Origin: Callorhinchus milii
Taxonomy: Eukaryota
Reading direction: 5' to 3'
Assembly (NCBI RefSeq): GCF_018977255.1
Contig: NW_024704742.1
Location: forward strand, 88,166,001-88,230,000
DNA: 64,000 nucleotides
Of this stretch, positions 1 through 12,621 are shown piece after piece. The notes beneath the pieces were generated by a model. That model was not told the DNA's origin, ran no database searches, and saw only the letters and a list, made by a program, of their open reading frames with translations. Both the position numbers and the translations under genes were made by a program. How positions within the stretch are numbered: the first letter of the stretch is position 1; the number at the start of each line of letters is the position of its first letter.

Positions 1-84
1 GCCAATTCATTTGAAAATTTGGGAGTACATTTGGATTAGGAGAGGAATATAAGTCAGGATAACCAAGGCACGGCCCAAGGGTGT

Positions 85-105
85 GGGGGGGGGGGGGGGG
101 GGGGG
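85..105 (+). repeat. Poly-G run
   Basis: About 21 consecutive G. Confidence 0.95.
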
Positions 106-1229
106 CGTGTGGGCGGTGGATGTTGGGAAGGGTAGTCAATTAAGCTGAATGGTCTGCTCTTGTTCCAGTTTACCAATGAAAGGTAGATTCATTCTGCAAA
201 CTTCTGAACCAGTTTCAGCTATACCATGGGTAAGATCTGCTGCCACCTATGGATGAAACAAAGAATGAAGAAAGGAATTTCAGAAGTCATTAAAGAAGAA
301 AGAAGAAACAATAAAGAAAATAAAAATGTTAATAGCAGGGAAAATATTAAACTAACCATGCCCTCGCTGCTTGTCAGTAACCCCTTCTTAAAATCTATAT
401 TAATTCTTTTGATGTTTTATTAAAACTCTGCTTCAGATTGTGAAGTCAATTTCAATGGAATTGATTGATATTTAAATGTAACTGTGGTGTTTAATTTTCT
501 AAATTATACCATTAAGTACCAACTGAGTTTTTATGAAGATGTCTTAAGGTGTGTCTATCTCCGACAATGTATTTGTTCTGACTTCACCCATTATAGTTGC
601 TGAAATGCTCCACACAAATCTATTATAATAATAACTTACATTTATATGGTGGCTTTCATATATAAACATAGGTCTTGTTTCAAAATGATTTATAAAATAA
701 TAATCCGTGTATTTCGTATAGCACCTCATATAGCATCTTATCACGTCTTTGAGAGTTTCAAAGTGCTTCACAGAATATACTGTAGTGAATTAATAATGTA
801 TTTTATGGGCGAAATGCAGGAGCCAATTATCCACAGCAGTGTTCCACAAAAAACAATCATGGATTGATTGACCAAATTTTTTTTTAAGGGAATATGACCC
901 CCAGAAAGTGATCCGCCAATCGACTATAACTGGGTTCCTACTTACTGCTAGGTAAACAGAAGCGTTTGGAGCAAGGAAAGTTGCCTAAGGTTTCACCTTG
1001 CCCAGAAACAATTGAAAATGAAGTGAATGTTATACTGGCAACTGTAGCAGGGAATCTGTGCCAGCAACATCTCATAAACAACAGTGAGATAAGCAGCCAA
1101 TTCATTTGAAAATTTGGGAGTACATTTGGATTAGGAGAGGAATATAAGTCAGGATAACCAAGAGAAAGCCTCTGTTCTTCTTTGAAATAGCAACAACAGA
1201 GCATTTTTTTTTACATTCTCCTGAATCAT

Positions 1230-1540
1230 AACAATACCATTTACATTTATATAGTGCCTTTCAAGTTGGGAGGATATCTCCATCAAAGTGCTTTACACAG
1301 CTGTCTGGCGACCGGAGCTAGGGTTGGGGGTGGGGGCTTAAAGGGGGGTGGGGGAGAGAAAGATGACAAAAAAGCTCTGTCAAAGAGATGTCTTAGCAAA
1401 GAGATAAGTCTTAAAAAATAGTTGAGTCTTAACAAAGAGGTAAGTCTTAACAAAGAGGTGAGAAGGTGGGTTTTAAAATCGAGAAGGGAAGGAGCAAAGC
1501 AGAAGGAGGCCATGGGATGGTCCAAGGGGGAAACATCATA
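1230..1540 (-). mobile_element. Old L2 3' fragment containing an 18-bp tandem array
   Basis: Starts with the tail motif catttatatagtgcctttca. Four copies of tcttaacaaagaggtaag-like units at 1391-1462. Confidence 0.65.
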
Positions 1541-2879
1541 TATAACAATTGCAATTGGATTCATTAAAGAAGCAGTTTGAAGCTGAACTATGAAGAAGGT
1601 AGGATGGGTATTCTGATGAATGAGATCAAATGGGCTGAAGGACTTTCATCAGTTGAACATTTTTGTGGGGTTGAGCATGCGATGCCAAGCTGGGCAGAGG
1701 GTGAAAGTTGACTGGAGGCATGCTCTAAACTCTGTTCCTTCATCACAGCAGTCCTTGCCAGGGTTCATTGGCTCCCTATCACAGAATGGATCGACTTCAA
1801 GATGAGGGTGAAGAGCGGGGAATATTCAGCCATGTTCTTAATGGTAAAAAAAATGAATGGAACTGTTTCAAAGAGCCAGCACAGAGCTCATTGTTTTGTG
1901 CGTGGTAAATTTTACAAGGTAAGGCACATAGCATTTTTGGTACAGGTCTGGACAGAATAGCTTTGCGCTTCCCCCCCACTTCCACCCTCCCCACCAATTC
2001 AATCCAATTTTCTCTTTTTTTTGTACGGAGTTCAAGAGAGATTTCTAACAAGGTGGTGTTCTGCATTACATTTTCACGAAGACGAAACAATCTGTTCCCA
2101 CCATGCCACACACTATGTTCCCTGGAAGATAATTTGCAGTAAATAAAAACTGTTAAAAAACACTGGCATCCAAAATAATTGCTTGCATTTCCGATGTTCT
2201 GTTCACTGGTACTCGGTCCTGGTTGACTTGTAGAGCTAGTTTTCCGATTCTACGTGCCAGTCAATTGTAAGGAATGCTGCAGAAAGTTCCATGGGAAGTT
2301 TTGGAGAAAGAGTTTGATCATAATTGACTGTCTCTTTCTGAGCAACCCAATGGGCGCTCTAACACTATGCAACTGTAGCGCTTCCTACATCAAGATTTTG
2401 ACGTCTTAGTATAGTCTCTAATATTTAGTTGTCCTATTCTCTCTACTACAAGAGGAGAAAGAGTTTCTCCAGGTTTCCTAGCCAACAACCCCCTAAATAA
2501 AATTGATCACTCACTTCATGGCTATTTGTGGGACATTACTATGTGCAATTTGGTTGCCGCATTCGCCAGCAAAATACGATCACAGCAGTTTACAGTGAAT
2601 CATGCAAAGCACTTGAGGAGACTTCCTGCTGACATGAAAGTTGCTATATCAAATGTAAGGATTATTATTATTATCCGAGAATTGTGGCCAGCTGAATAGG
2701 TAAAAAAGAGGGGAGGGATAGGTATATTTTTTTGGGACCCTCCCTTTAAGACAGTTGGGAACCGTCCCTGTGCGCAGTACATCCATGTGCGCATCCGCAT
2801 ACACCCTGATAAGGCGCACTTGCCGCTTTCAGATGGCGTCCCGATGTGCACGGCCTTATCTACCTGGCTCACTGCCTTC

Positions 2880-3110
2880 AGTGACCTGTGAATCTGAACT
2901 CCTCAAACCCTCTGTTCTTCTAACCCTTTAAGAATCACCCCCTTTAAGTTATAGATTGTTCCTGTATATTTACCTCCTGAAATTAACTACCTCACACTTT
3001 TTTCATTGATCTCATTCTGCCATTTGTTTGCCCAATTCAGCCATCTTATCAATATCTACCTATATTTTATTTTGATCCTCCACGGTACTTACTAATGTCC
3101 CTATCTTGTA
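2880..3110 (-). mobile_element. Old CR1 RT fragment
   Basis: Degenerate match to 60480-60690 (ctgccatttgtttgccca corresponds to WANKWQ on - strand). Confidence 0.6.
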
Positions 3111-3555
3111 GTTTGTTATTCCTGTCAAATCGGAGACAGGTTTTGCACACATATATATAACCCCAGGAATTAGTTTAATCACATGTAAATTACTTGTGTG
3201 GTTTACGTGCCCTGAACAGTGTGCATGTTGAATAGAACTGAGACTCTTGTCATCCTCCTGTGCTACAGGGCCATTCCCAGGAGATTAGCTATAAAAAGTA
3301 TCAGACGGAATCACACAAACTGCTAAGTACATTACCAACTGAATTACCAACACCAAGCATCTTTCACTGAATGGGAAAACAGAGTTTTATTATAGCAATA
3401 TGAGGCTGTTCCTAATTGTTCCCATAATTGCAAAAGTGTGGAGGGTATGTGAGGGCAGGGTATGTACTATTCCCTGAACACTTTTAGAATTGTACATTAG
3501 ATTTTACCTCTCCAATATTCATTTAGGAGGAACATGGGAGCAACTATCTGCGTGT

Positions 3556-4237
3556 TTTCAAGTGAGACAGTGATTTACATGTATTACCACCAATGTAGTT
3601 TACGGCATCCGCTGCTCACGATGTGGCCTCCTCTACATTGGGGAGACCAAACGCTGATTGGGCGACCGATTTGCCGAACACTTACGTTCTGTCCGCAAGC
3701 TCAACCCTGAGCTTCCAGTTTCTTGCCACTTCAACTCTCCCTCCCACTCGCATTTTGACCTCTCCATCCATGGTCTCCTACGCTTCTCGTATGAACCACA
3801 GTTCAAGCTTGTGGAACAACACCTCATTTATCTGCTAGGGACCTTACAGCCCTCTGACCTCAATGCTGATTTCAGCAATTTCAGACCATAACAGCTCACT
3901 TCCCCCTCCCCCTTTTCTTTTTTTTATTATGACTACATCATCTGGGATCCAGATACACCTTTTCTCTCTCTGGTCTGCCTATTTTGTTGCGATTTTGCCC
4001 CCCCCTCCCCCCTTGTTTTGCAGTTTTAACACCTCTATTCCCCTGTTTTGTTGCAACACCCCCTTGGTTTTACATTATTAATACCTCTTTAACCCATTAT
4101 TCCCTGTCCTCTACCCATGTTCTCCTTTGTTTTCCTTGCCCTGCCTCCCCCTTTCTGTTAGCCCTTAAAAGCCTCTCCCTCCCAACATGCCCCAGTTCTG
4201 ATGAAGGGTTGTGGATCCGAAACATTGACTCACTTTC
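3556..4237 (+). mobile_element. Penelope-like retroelement 3' fragment (decayed GIY-YIG endonuclease plus terminal region)
   Basis: Frame from 3556 reads FQVRQ*FTCITTNVVYGIRCSRCGLLYIGETKR*LGDRFAEHLRSV...PVSCHFNSPSH...EQHLIYLLGTLQP. It has VVY...YIG plus the CxxC/H/H pattern of PLE endonucleases, with two in-frame stops. Confidence 0.88.
4194..4230 (+). ncRNA. Degenerate minimal hammerhead ribozyme motif in the PLE terminus
   Basis: AGTT-CTGATGA-A-GGGTT-GTG-GATCC-GAAA-CATT-GACT: CUGANGA and GAAA core boxes, stem II with wobbles, short stem I AGTT/GACT. ACGT has decayed to ACAT relative to the 63.7 kb copy. Confidence 0.55.
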
Positions 4238-5460
4238 AACAACAACAACAACTTGAATTTATATAGTGCCCTCCACGCCAGACGGCATCTCAGTGCTCTT
4301 CACAGCGAGCCAGGGGGAGGAGGAGGAAGGTGACCAAAGGCGCGGTCAAAAAGAAAGGTTTTCAGCAGAGACCTGAAAATAGGAAGAGAGGGAGCGAGGC
4401 GAAGGGAGTGAGGAAGGGAGTTCCAGAGCCTCGGGGCATAGTGGCTGAAGGCACAGCTGCCGAGGGTGGAGCGGAGGATTTGGGGGACAAGGAGGAGGCC
4501 AGACCCAGAGGAACAAAGGCAATGGGCACTGTTGTGAGGAGAGAGGAGGTCAGAGAGGTAGGGGGGTGTGGAGGAGTGGAGGGATTTGAAGACAAGGGTG
4601 AGGATCTTGAAATCGATCCTCTCTGGGATAGGCAGCCACTGCAGTCTGGCAAGGACTGGGGTAATTGGGGAGCGTAGTTTGGTGCGGGTGAGAATGTGGG
4701 CGGGAGAGTTTTGAATAATCTGGATTTTATGAATGGTAGTGGAGGGAGACCAGCAAGGAGGGCGTTTGAATAGCCCAGCCGAGAGGTGACAAAGGCATGG
4801 ACTAGGGTTCAGCGGCTTTTGGAGAGAGGTATTGGCGGAGACGGGCGATGCGTCGGAGGTGGAAGAAAGCGGTGCTGGTGAGAGACCGGATGTGGGGGAG
4901 GAAGGATAATTGGGGGTCGAACATGATGCCTAGGTTGTGTATGGGTTCGGAGAGTTTTAGGGGGAGGTCGGGTAGGTGGAGGAAGTGAGAACCGTGAGAT
5001 TTTAGATGTTGACGAGAGCCAAGGAGTATGGCTTCCATCTTGTCAATGTTCAGCTGAAGGAAATTTGCACTCATCCAACCCCTGAGGTCTGACAGGCAGG
5101 CTGATAGAACATCAGGGGACTGGGGGTCGCAAAGAGAAATGGAAAAATAGAGTTGGGTGTCGTCCGCGTACATGTGGAAATGTACCCCATGTCTGCGGAT
5201 GACATCCCCAAGAGGGACTATGTAGATCATAAAGAGGAAGGGGCCAGGATGGATCCTTGGGGTACCCCAGAGGTAACCCGGTGAGAGCAGCAGGAGAAGC
5301 GTTTGTGCAGATGTACTGGCGGTTTGTGAGGTAGGACTCAAACCAGGCAAGTGCGGTACCACTGAGGTGGATGACGGAGGAAAGGCAGTGGAGGAGGATG
5401 GCGTGATCGACTGTGTCGAAACGTGGCGGAGAGGTCCAGGAGGACAAGGAGGCAGAGGCA
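4238..5460 (-). mobile_element. L2-clade LINE, 5'-truncated (RT C-terminal half plus 3' UTR)
   Basis: Frameshifted RT: LVLLDLSA.FDTVDH, GPFLFMIY, HMYADDTQLY, NFLQLNIDK, HLRRIARLR. (TTG)n tail at 4238-4252. Confidence 0.93.
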
Positions 5461-5555
5461 TCCTTTCTCCATAGATGCTGCCTGACCTGCTGAGTGTTCC
5501 CAGCGACTTCTGTTTTGTTTCAGATTTCCAGCATCTGCAGTATTTTGTGTTTTGC
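5461..5555 (+). mobile_element. Continuation of the PLE terminal region after the L2 insertion
   Basis: cctttctccatagatgctgcctgacctgctgagtgttcccagc...gtattttgtg is contiguous with ttgactcactttc in the uninterrupted copy at 63740-63840. Confidence 0.85.
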
Positions 5556-6589
5556 ATGGAATTTTCAGCTTGGTTTGGATACTCTTAAGCATTGTGATTG
5601 GTTTCTGCATATGTCAGACACCCGGCTGAACCCTCCTCCCTCCCTAAAGAAACAAAATCCTCTCCCTAATCTAAAAAGCGCTGACGCCAATTGTAGCACT
5701 ATGGAGCAATTGAGATAAGCATTCCTATGCGTTTTACTTAACTAACAAGAAGCCGTACTGTTGACCATCACAGATTGACACCAGTTTGAATACAGCACCT
5801 TAAGGATCCATTGTCTAGTCTCACAGTCATAGCTACAAATGGCAAAAGGCAAATTGTTGGCATTGTTGTCATCTCCATGGTTTAAATGACCCAAGGTTTC
5901 TTCCAGTTGTCATTTCCATCTCTGCAATGTTGTCTATTTGGTTACGCTATCCCAAATCTCTAATGAACCTACCTTAAACCTTGATTGTCACCTTCAAGAC
6001 CCACCTCAAGACCCTCCTCTTTGACCATGCTTTTGATCTCCCCACTTCCCCCATTGTCCTCCACCCTCCCCCACCCCGATCCCCAGCTCGTGTGCGTAAC
6101 TCTGTCTGTCCAGTGCCTTGGGACGTCCTCAAGATGTGAAAGGCACTTTACAAATGTAATTTTGTTGTTGTTGTTGTCTTCCTATCTTTGTGATTTGACA
6201 TTGTTCTCATCAAATCAGCATTTAAAAGAAATGACTTTCTTTACCTACTACCTCAGCAAAGGACCGTAAGAAATATCCAAACTCTGAAATTCTTCTTCTG
6301 TCTCTTGCAAAGACTTCTTATCCCCCAGTTATAAAACAGCGATATGAAACTACAGTGGAATTGAAACAAAGTGTAAGAGATGCATTTCACCTTGTCACTC
6401 CATCGTGTTATGCAAGATGTCGCACAAATATGACAACGGATCATCTGCCATGAAAATGATGGCACCACTCACACCAATCCTCTGGAAATCTGGATGTCTT
6501 AATACAATTAAACACTTGTACTGAACACAATTAAGTACTTTTAGATACAATTGTCATCAGTCTTCCACATCTTTCCGTGCCACCCATAG

Positions 6590-7352
6590 TACAGAAACAG
6601 CTTTGGCCAAAGTAACAAATGAAATTTTGCCCATCTGCGACCAGGGCTCCCTCTGCCTCCTCGCCATCGTTGACCTCTCTGCTGCCTTCGATACCTTTGA
6701 CCACTCTATTCTCCTCCACCGCCTTCCCCCTCATCTCAATTTTCATGGTTCTGTCCTTAAATGGTTCAGATCGTACCCCTCACACAGTCTCTACTTCATC
6801 TCCAGAAACGGCTTCGCTTCTAGCCCCCGCACCGTCTCATGCAGCGTTTCTCAGGGCTCTGTCCTTGGTCCCCTCGTCTTCAGTATCTATATGCTCCCTC
6901 TTGGTGACATCATCCACAAACTGGGATCAACTTATGCAGATGACACCCAACTCTATCTCTCTGCCTCCACCCTAGACTCCAGACCACTGCTGCTCTGACA
7001 GAATGTCTGTCAGACATCAAGTCCTGGATGAGAGCTAACTTTCTACAGCTGAGTGTCCACAAGACTGAGGCCCTCCTGATTGGCTCCCGGCAGTAGTTCT
7101 ACACCTCAGGCACTGGCAGCATCACCATCCATGGCTACACACTCCACCTGCAGTCCCCTCCACCTCACTCCCTCCCTTTCCTCCTTCAAGACCTGTCTCA
7201 AGACCCTCCTCTTTGACCGTGCCTTTGGTCATCCTCCTTCCCCCCTGTTCTCCACCTTCTCTGATTCTGACCCAGAGCTGCGGTCCAAAACACTGATTGT
7301 CCAGTGCCTTTCACGTTGAAAGGCGCTAAACAAAAGTAATTTTGTTGTTGTT
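6590..7352 (+). mobile_element. L2-clade LINE fragment with internal deletion
   Basis: ORF 6603-6998 has DLSAAFDTFDH, SQGSVLGPLVFSIY and YADDTQLY, then jumps at ~7150 to the 3' UTR and (TTG)n tail. Confidence 0.9.
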
Positions 7353-8802
7353 TGAGTTGTTGGTCAGTGGACTGTAGAAAAAAATATGACGGTAATATGA
7401 TTTTGTGGACAGCCTGTATTATTAGCTTGGTGCATGTTTGCAATCTCATTTAATCTGGCACATGCGTGTGGCTTTGACCAATGAATGTTCGTTCGCCTAT
7501 ATAGCAGCAGTCACTGGTGCAACATGATTCATGTGTGTGGGGTTGGTTTCTCTGATTGACGATAACTCCTGGTTTAAATTCACACCTGTGTAGATTTACC
7601 AACTAGCGGAAAATACAATGTTCTTTCCTGCCAAGAGGCATAAATTGACTGATGATTGATTGGAAACTCAACCCATTGTACAAAGCCCTTTGAAATGTTT
7701 CGACGTGATAAGGCATTAAATCAAATGGAAGCACCTATAGGATATATTTAAGAACATAAAGGGGACAAAAAAAGGTCAGGTGGCCCATCAAGGCCACACC
7801 TTTACAGATCATGTACAATTTGTACTGTTGAAGCATTGTCCATACGTATTTAATCTCCTATAATCGAAGCACTGAATTCTGTGACATTTCACCCTTCCTC
7901 TGTTGTTATGTATATTTTCTAACCAGATGATGCAAGTAGGTATGCTTTTGACCTGGCACTCGGCTGACAGGGTTGAGCAATAGAATTCAAAGATAAGGTA
8001 AACAGGTAAAGAACAATCGCAGTGACTGACTTATCAGTTTGTGCATTACTGATGCTAGACAGTGACTCTGCTGTATTCTTAATGCTCATTGAAGTGCGGG
8101 ATGAAAGTGTTGGGGAATAAAAATTTCCTTCTGGATCCTGAGATAGCATCAGGCACACCAAGGTCATTTATTACATGAGCCAGGTGCAGTACTCACTTAT
8201 GTTCACAGAGTGTTCCCCCCTTACTTAATCCAAATCATCTCCCCTATTCTTCTGACTCAGGGCAGGGGTACAATTCCTTGCTCCCCAGCTCCCAGCAGCC
8301 CGACAATACATTGCCCAGCTAATCCTTCTTTACGCAAGATTCTTGCCAGGGTTTTTGTTGGTATTTTAACTGTGAAGGTGAGAACAATGCAACACAGTTG
8401 GGTCCTATAGAACTGTAGAAACTTACACCAGTTTGGTTGTGTAACAAGGAAAGATTGTTCGAATGAAGAAGGCCCTGATCTTGTCCCTCCAGAAAAAATC
8501 CTCCCTACTATTCTCTTCTCATTATAGCATCAAGCTATTTTATTTGTATCCTGCTCTCAACCACATTTCCAGGCAACCTGTTCTAGCCATTAATTACTCA
8601 CTGAGTAAAGAAACACTTCCCCTCCAATCTCCCTGACCCTAACCCCCAGCTCGGGTCTGTAACTCTGTCTGTCCAACGCCTTGGGATGTCTTCCCGATGT
8701 GAAAGGCGCTTTACAATTGTAATTTTGTTGTTGTTGTTGGTGGTGGTGGTGGTGTCTGTTCTGAAATTCAGAACTTCAATTCAGAAATTCAATTGTCATT
8801 CA

Positions 8803-9378
8803 GAACTCTGCAGCTCGTGTACTGTCCCGCACCAGGCTTCGGGACCACATCACTCCCACCCTCGCTCGCCTCCACTGGCTCCCCATCCCCCAGAGGATTG
8901 ATTTCAAGATCCTCATCCTCACCTACAAGGCCATTCACGGCCTCGCTCCCTCCTACCTCTCCAACCTACTATCCCCCTACCTACCTGCCCGTACCCTCCG
9001 TTCCTCTGGCTCCGGTCTGCTCCACGTCCCCCGCCCCAACCGCCCTACCATCGGTGGTCGGGCCTTCAGCCTCTCAGCCCCCAGGCTCTGGAACTCCATC
9101 CCCCAGTGCCTTCGCCTTGCTTCCTCCCTTTCCTCCTTCAAGGCCGGTCTCAAAACCTTTCTCTTTGACCGAGCCTTCAGCTCCCCTCTCGACTCTCTTC
9201 CCCCTCCTCGCTCCCTCCCTTCCCTCCCCTCACCCTGACCATTTCCCCCCTCCTCGCTCCCTCCCCTCCCCTGACCATTTCCCCCCTGCTCGGGTCATGA
9301 CCCAACTGTGCAGCGCCTTGGGACGTCCTCCTGACGTGAAAGGCGCTTTATAAATGGAATCTTGTTGTTGTTGTTGTT
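8803..9378 (+). mobile_element. L2-clade LINE 3' end (relatively young)
   Basis: Encodes HITPTLARLHWLPIPQRIDFKILILTYKAIHGLAPSYL-like C-terminus. Ends GGGACGTCCTCCTGACGTGAAAGGCGC...(TTG)n. Small tandem duplication at ~9205-9287. Confidence 0.9.
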
Positions 9379-12300
9379 GAAATTGTCCGTTACACCTCAA
9401 ATCCTATGTCCTCTTGTTTACTGAATCTGAAAGTATTGCTCTGGGTTTACTTTTTTAATCATAATTTCACACTAGTGGCATTTGGTACCAGGCGATGAGA
9501 ACAGGCAGGGCGAAGTCTCTCGTAGCTTCTTTTCCTTGCCTGCCCCAGATGTTCAAAACATCCTGGTTGGGGAATCGTGGATGAAACCACTGGATTCTAT
9601 TGCTTCATAGTCCACCCTGATGCTATCTGGTCCAGTCCAAATGGCAGGACTTAACAAGTCACACATTTGTAACATTGGTTTGTGTACACTACAGCTCTAT
9701 TATACGTTTTGTTGCATTAAACATTTTGCTTCAAGCTCTGGCCCAAATAAAATAAGTAATTATTAATAATAATCCTTGCATTTAGTATAGCGCCATTCAC
9801 ATTCGGGAGAACGTCTCAAAATACACCATAGGGTTTTACTGTGAAGTGGAGTGACTGAGTATCTGTAGGCAAATGCGACAGCCCAATTTACTCACAGCAA
9901 AGTGTCACAAACAACCATGAAGCGAGTGCCCAATTTTATATTCAGATACACAACAAGCAAGAGGCCTCCGGAGTCACCCAGCATCTTCCAGCCTTCGATT
10001 TTAAGCAATACTTCACTTCTTTCAACAGGTGTCACTGACGTTCTGCTCTCTGCCTGGAAGCTGACTGCTTACTGACATTAAAGGTCAGCCACTGGTGATC
10101 AGCAGGAAACATTCCTCACTTTGAAAGATTAACATTTCTCTGCGACGCTGGCAGTGGCAATAGGAACGCGGAGATGAATTAGGAATGGGCTCTGGTTTTG
10201 GTTATAGCAGGAGCGTTTACACCTCAATTATATATCCAACAGCCCCATTAGCTGATTACAATCCTCAGCCTCAGTGATAGTCATCGACTTGCACTCACAA
10301 ACTCGAGGATTCTGATTTGTTTACAGTATTTATTTAGCATGAGATTTATGGCCTCTCCCATATGGGATAACATTTCATGTTTTTGCACATCTAGAAAACA
10401 AAATTCAGAGAAAAGCATATCCTCTAGAATCTTTCTGTGAAGAGAGGTGTTCATAAGCATGGTGAACCATCTACTGCACATCTGCACCTTCATGTGTTCA
10501 TTCGGGTGTGTTTGCTCTTCACTGGCTTCTCATTTCAACTCCCTGTTCCTTCCTTCAGGGGACAGCTTGAGTTGAAAGACATAGAATCAGATGCCAGTTT
10601 TAGTAATCCAGGCTGATGGAAAGTGGTTGTGTGCTTGTTCCATAGATGTCCGTTGATTTAATCCTTTCATGTTAAGTGAGAACACTTTGTAACCAGCAAT
10701 TAAGGATTACATTCACTAAGCGTTTGAGACTTGTTAATTGGTGGAGCTAAAGATTCATTATGCCGGTTAAACCATAGCAATGTTTTCTTGTAGCTGGTTT
10801 CTTGCTGTACAGAGTTCTAATTTCATTCTATTTGCGTCAGGTGTAGATTACCTCAATTCAGTCTATAAATTACAAATTCACAGTCTGTNAAAAAAACTCA
10901 ATGGTGGACAATTATAATTGCTCATGTGCGATAACCACCACCACCAACAACAAATTGCATTTCAATAGTACCCTTCACGCTGGGTAGCGTCCTGGAGCGC
11001 TTGACCGTAACCCATGAAATACAGCACAATTTGCATTTATACAGCTTCTTTAAGCTTTCATGTCAGGAAGATGTCCCATAGCGCTTCACAAGGCTGGACA
11101 TGGGCACCCGAACTGGGGGTGAAGCTATGGGGAGTGGGGAGTGGAAGGATGAGCAAAAGAGGTACATTTTGAAATTGTAAAGGGCATTCATAAGTGTGAG
11201 AATCTTGCCTGTTATTCCATTTTATTAGATCATGACAGGTCTTTTAATCTCATTTCCCTGACGTTTCTCTGTAACTCTTAAAGCCCTTAAGTGCCTATTT
11301 ATCTCCTTGTAAGGCATTCCCATTCAATTCCGCATCTAGGGTTTTCCGGGCAGTACATTCTGCAAGACTCTTTACCTTCATTCTAGTAATTTAAAGTTAC
11401 TGTTGTCTTTGTATTACACAACTGCAGTCTTGACAACCACAGTCCGCATTTTGTTGATGTGATGTAGATTATATATGAATATAATAGCTTGTTTCAGTTT
11501 TATATTGATTGAAATGTGGCACTGATAGATGTGACTATCATTATATTTTGAAGGTTAGTCACACAAAGTTGTATGGGATGAAATTCCACCTGAGTCTAGA
11601 TTTACTCCATTTATGGGTGTATTTTAGGGCACTATTTACAATTCTTAAATTTGTAGCCTAGAAGCTGGTTTCCAGTAAGCCAGTCTCAAGACCTTCCTTT
11701 TCGACTGTGCCTTCAGTCATCTTTCCACCCACACCACCACCTCCATTTCTCTTGACGTCCACCCCTCTTGCTTCGAACCCCCAGCTCAAGTGCAAACCTT
11801 CCACTGTCCAATGCCTTGGAACGTCCTGCTGATGTGAAAAGTGTTATATAAATGCAATGTATTGTTGTTGATGTTTATAATTACAGAAAATTTGCTTCAA
11901 AGTTAAGACCTAATTCAACAATTTGCAAAATTCTGGACGCTCTAAAATGCGACGTTAATAAAAATAAATGTAGACCCAGTTTGAGGTTCTCCCCAGTAAT
12001 AGCTAAACAGCATATCTATTTTTAGTATTCTCAAACATTCAGAGCATCGGTACAGGCAATGTGCCAAGGTGAATTCGGTTGCAATTGAATGTTGCTTGTT
12101 CTACATCAATGTTTGATCTAAAAGGCCTCAGTTTATTTAACATGAAAGCATTTGAATTGGAACAAACAACATCAGGTTGATAGGGTTATTGCGGTTTCCT
12201 GTGAAGCAGTGACATTGTGGACTTGATTGTAAATTTGATAAATATAAGAAAGAACTTGCATCATATCATGGCAAAACATCTCAAAGCACTCCACAAGGAA

Positions 12301-12621
12301 TTATCATCAAGTGTAGCGGCTGTTTATGCAGACAAACCTGGCAGCCATTTGAACCTACAAAGCCCTACAAACGACAAATTAAGTGAATGACTAATTTATC
12401 CATAGGATTGTTGGCAAAACACCAGAAGAAACTAAACTTTGCTTTTTGAATAATTTCATGGGATCTTTAAGCTTCAACTTAGTTTAATATCTTAGCCAAA
12501 GAACGGCAGCTCCGACCATGTAGCACTCCTGAATAATAATAATAATCCTTGCATTTGATATAATGCCTTATCACATCTTCAAGAATTGAATGACTATGAA
12601 ACACTACTGATTGTACTCCTA

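Noticed and set aside
1391..1462. Regular 18-bp repeats
   Set aside because: Head-to-tail minisatellite with no spacers inside an L2 relic. Not a CRISPR array.
4802..5557. Longest ORF in the window (251 aa)
   Set aside because: It is a chimaera of antisense PLE terminus and frameshifted L2 RT, not a functional gene.
10889..10889. Single ambiguous base (n)
   Set aside because: Sequencing or assembly ambiguity next to an A-run, with no biological signal.
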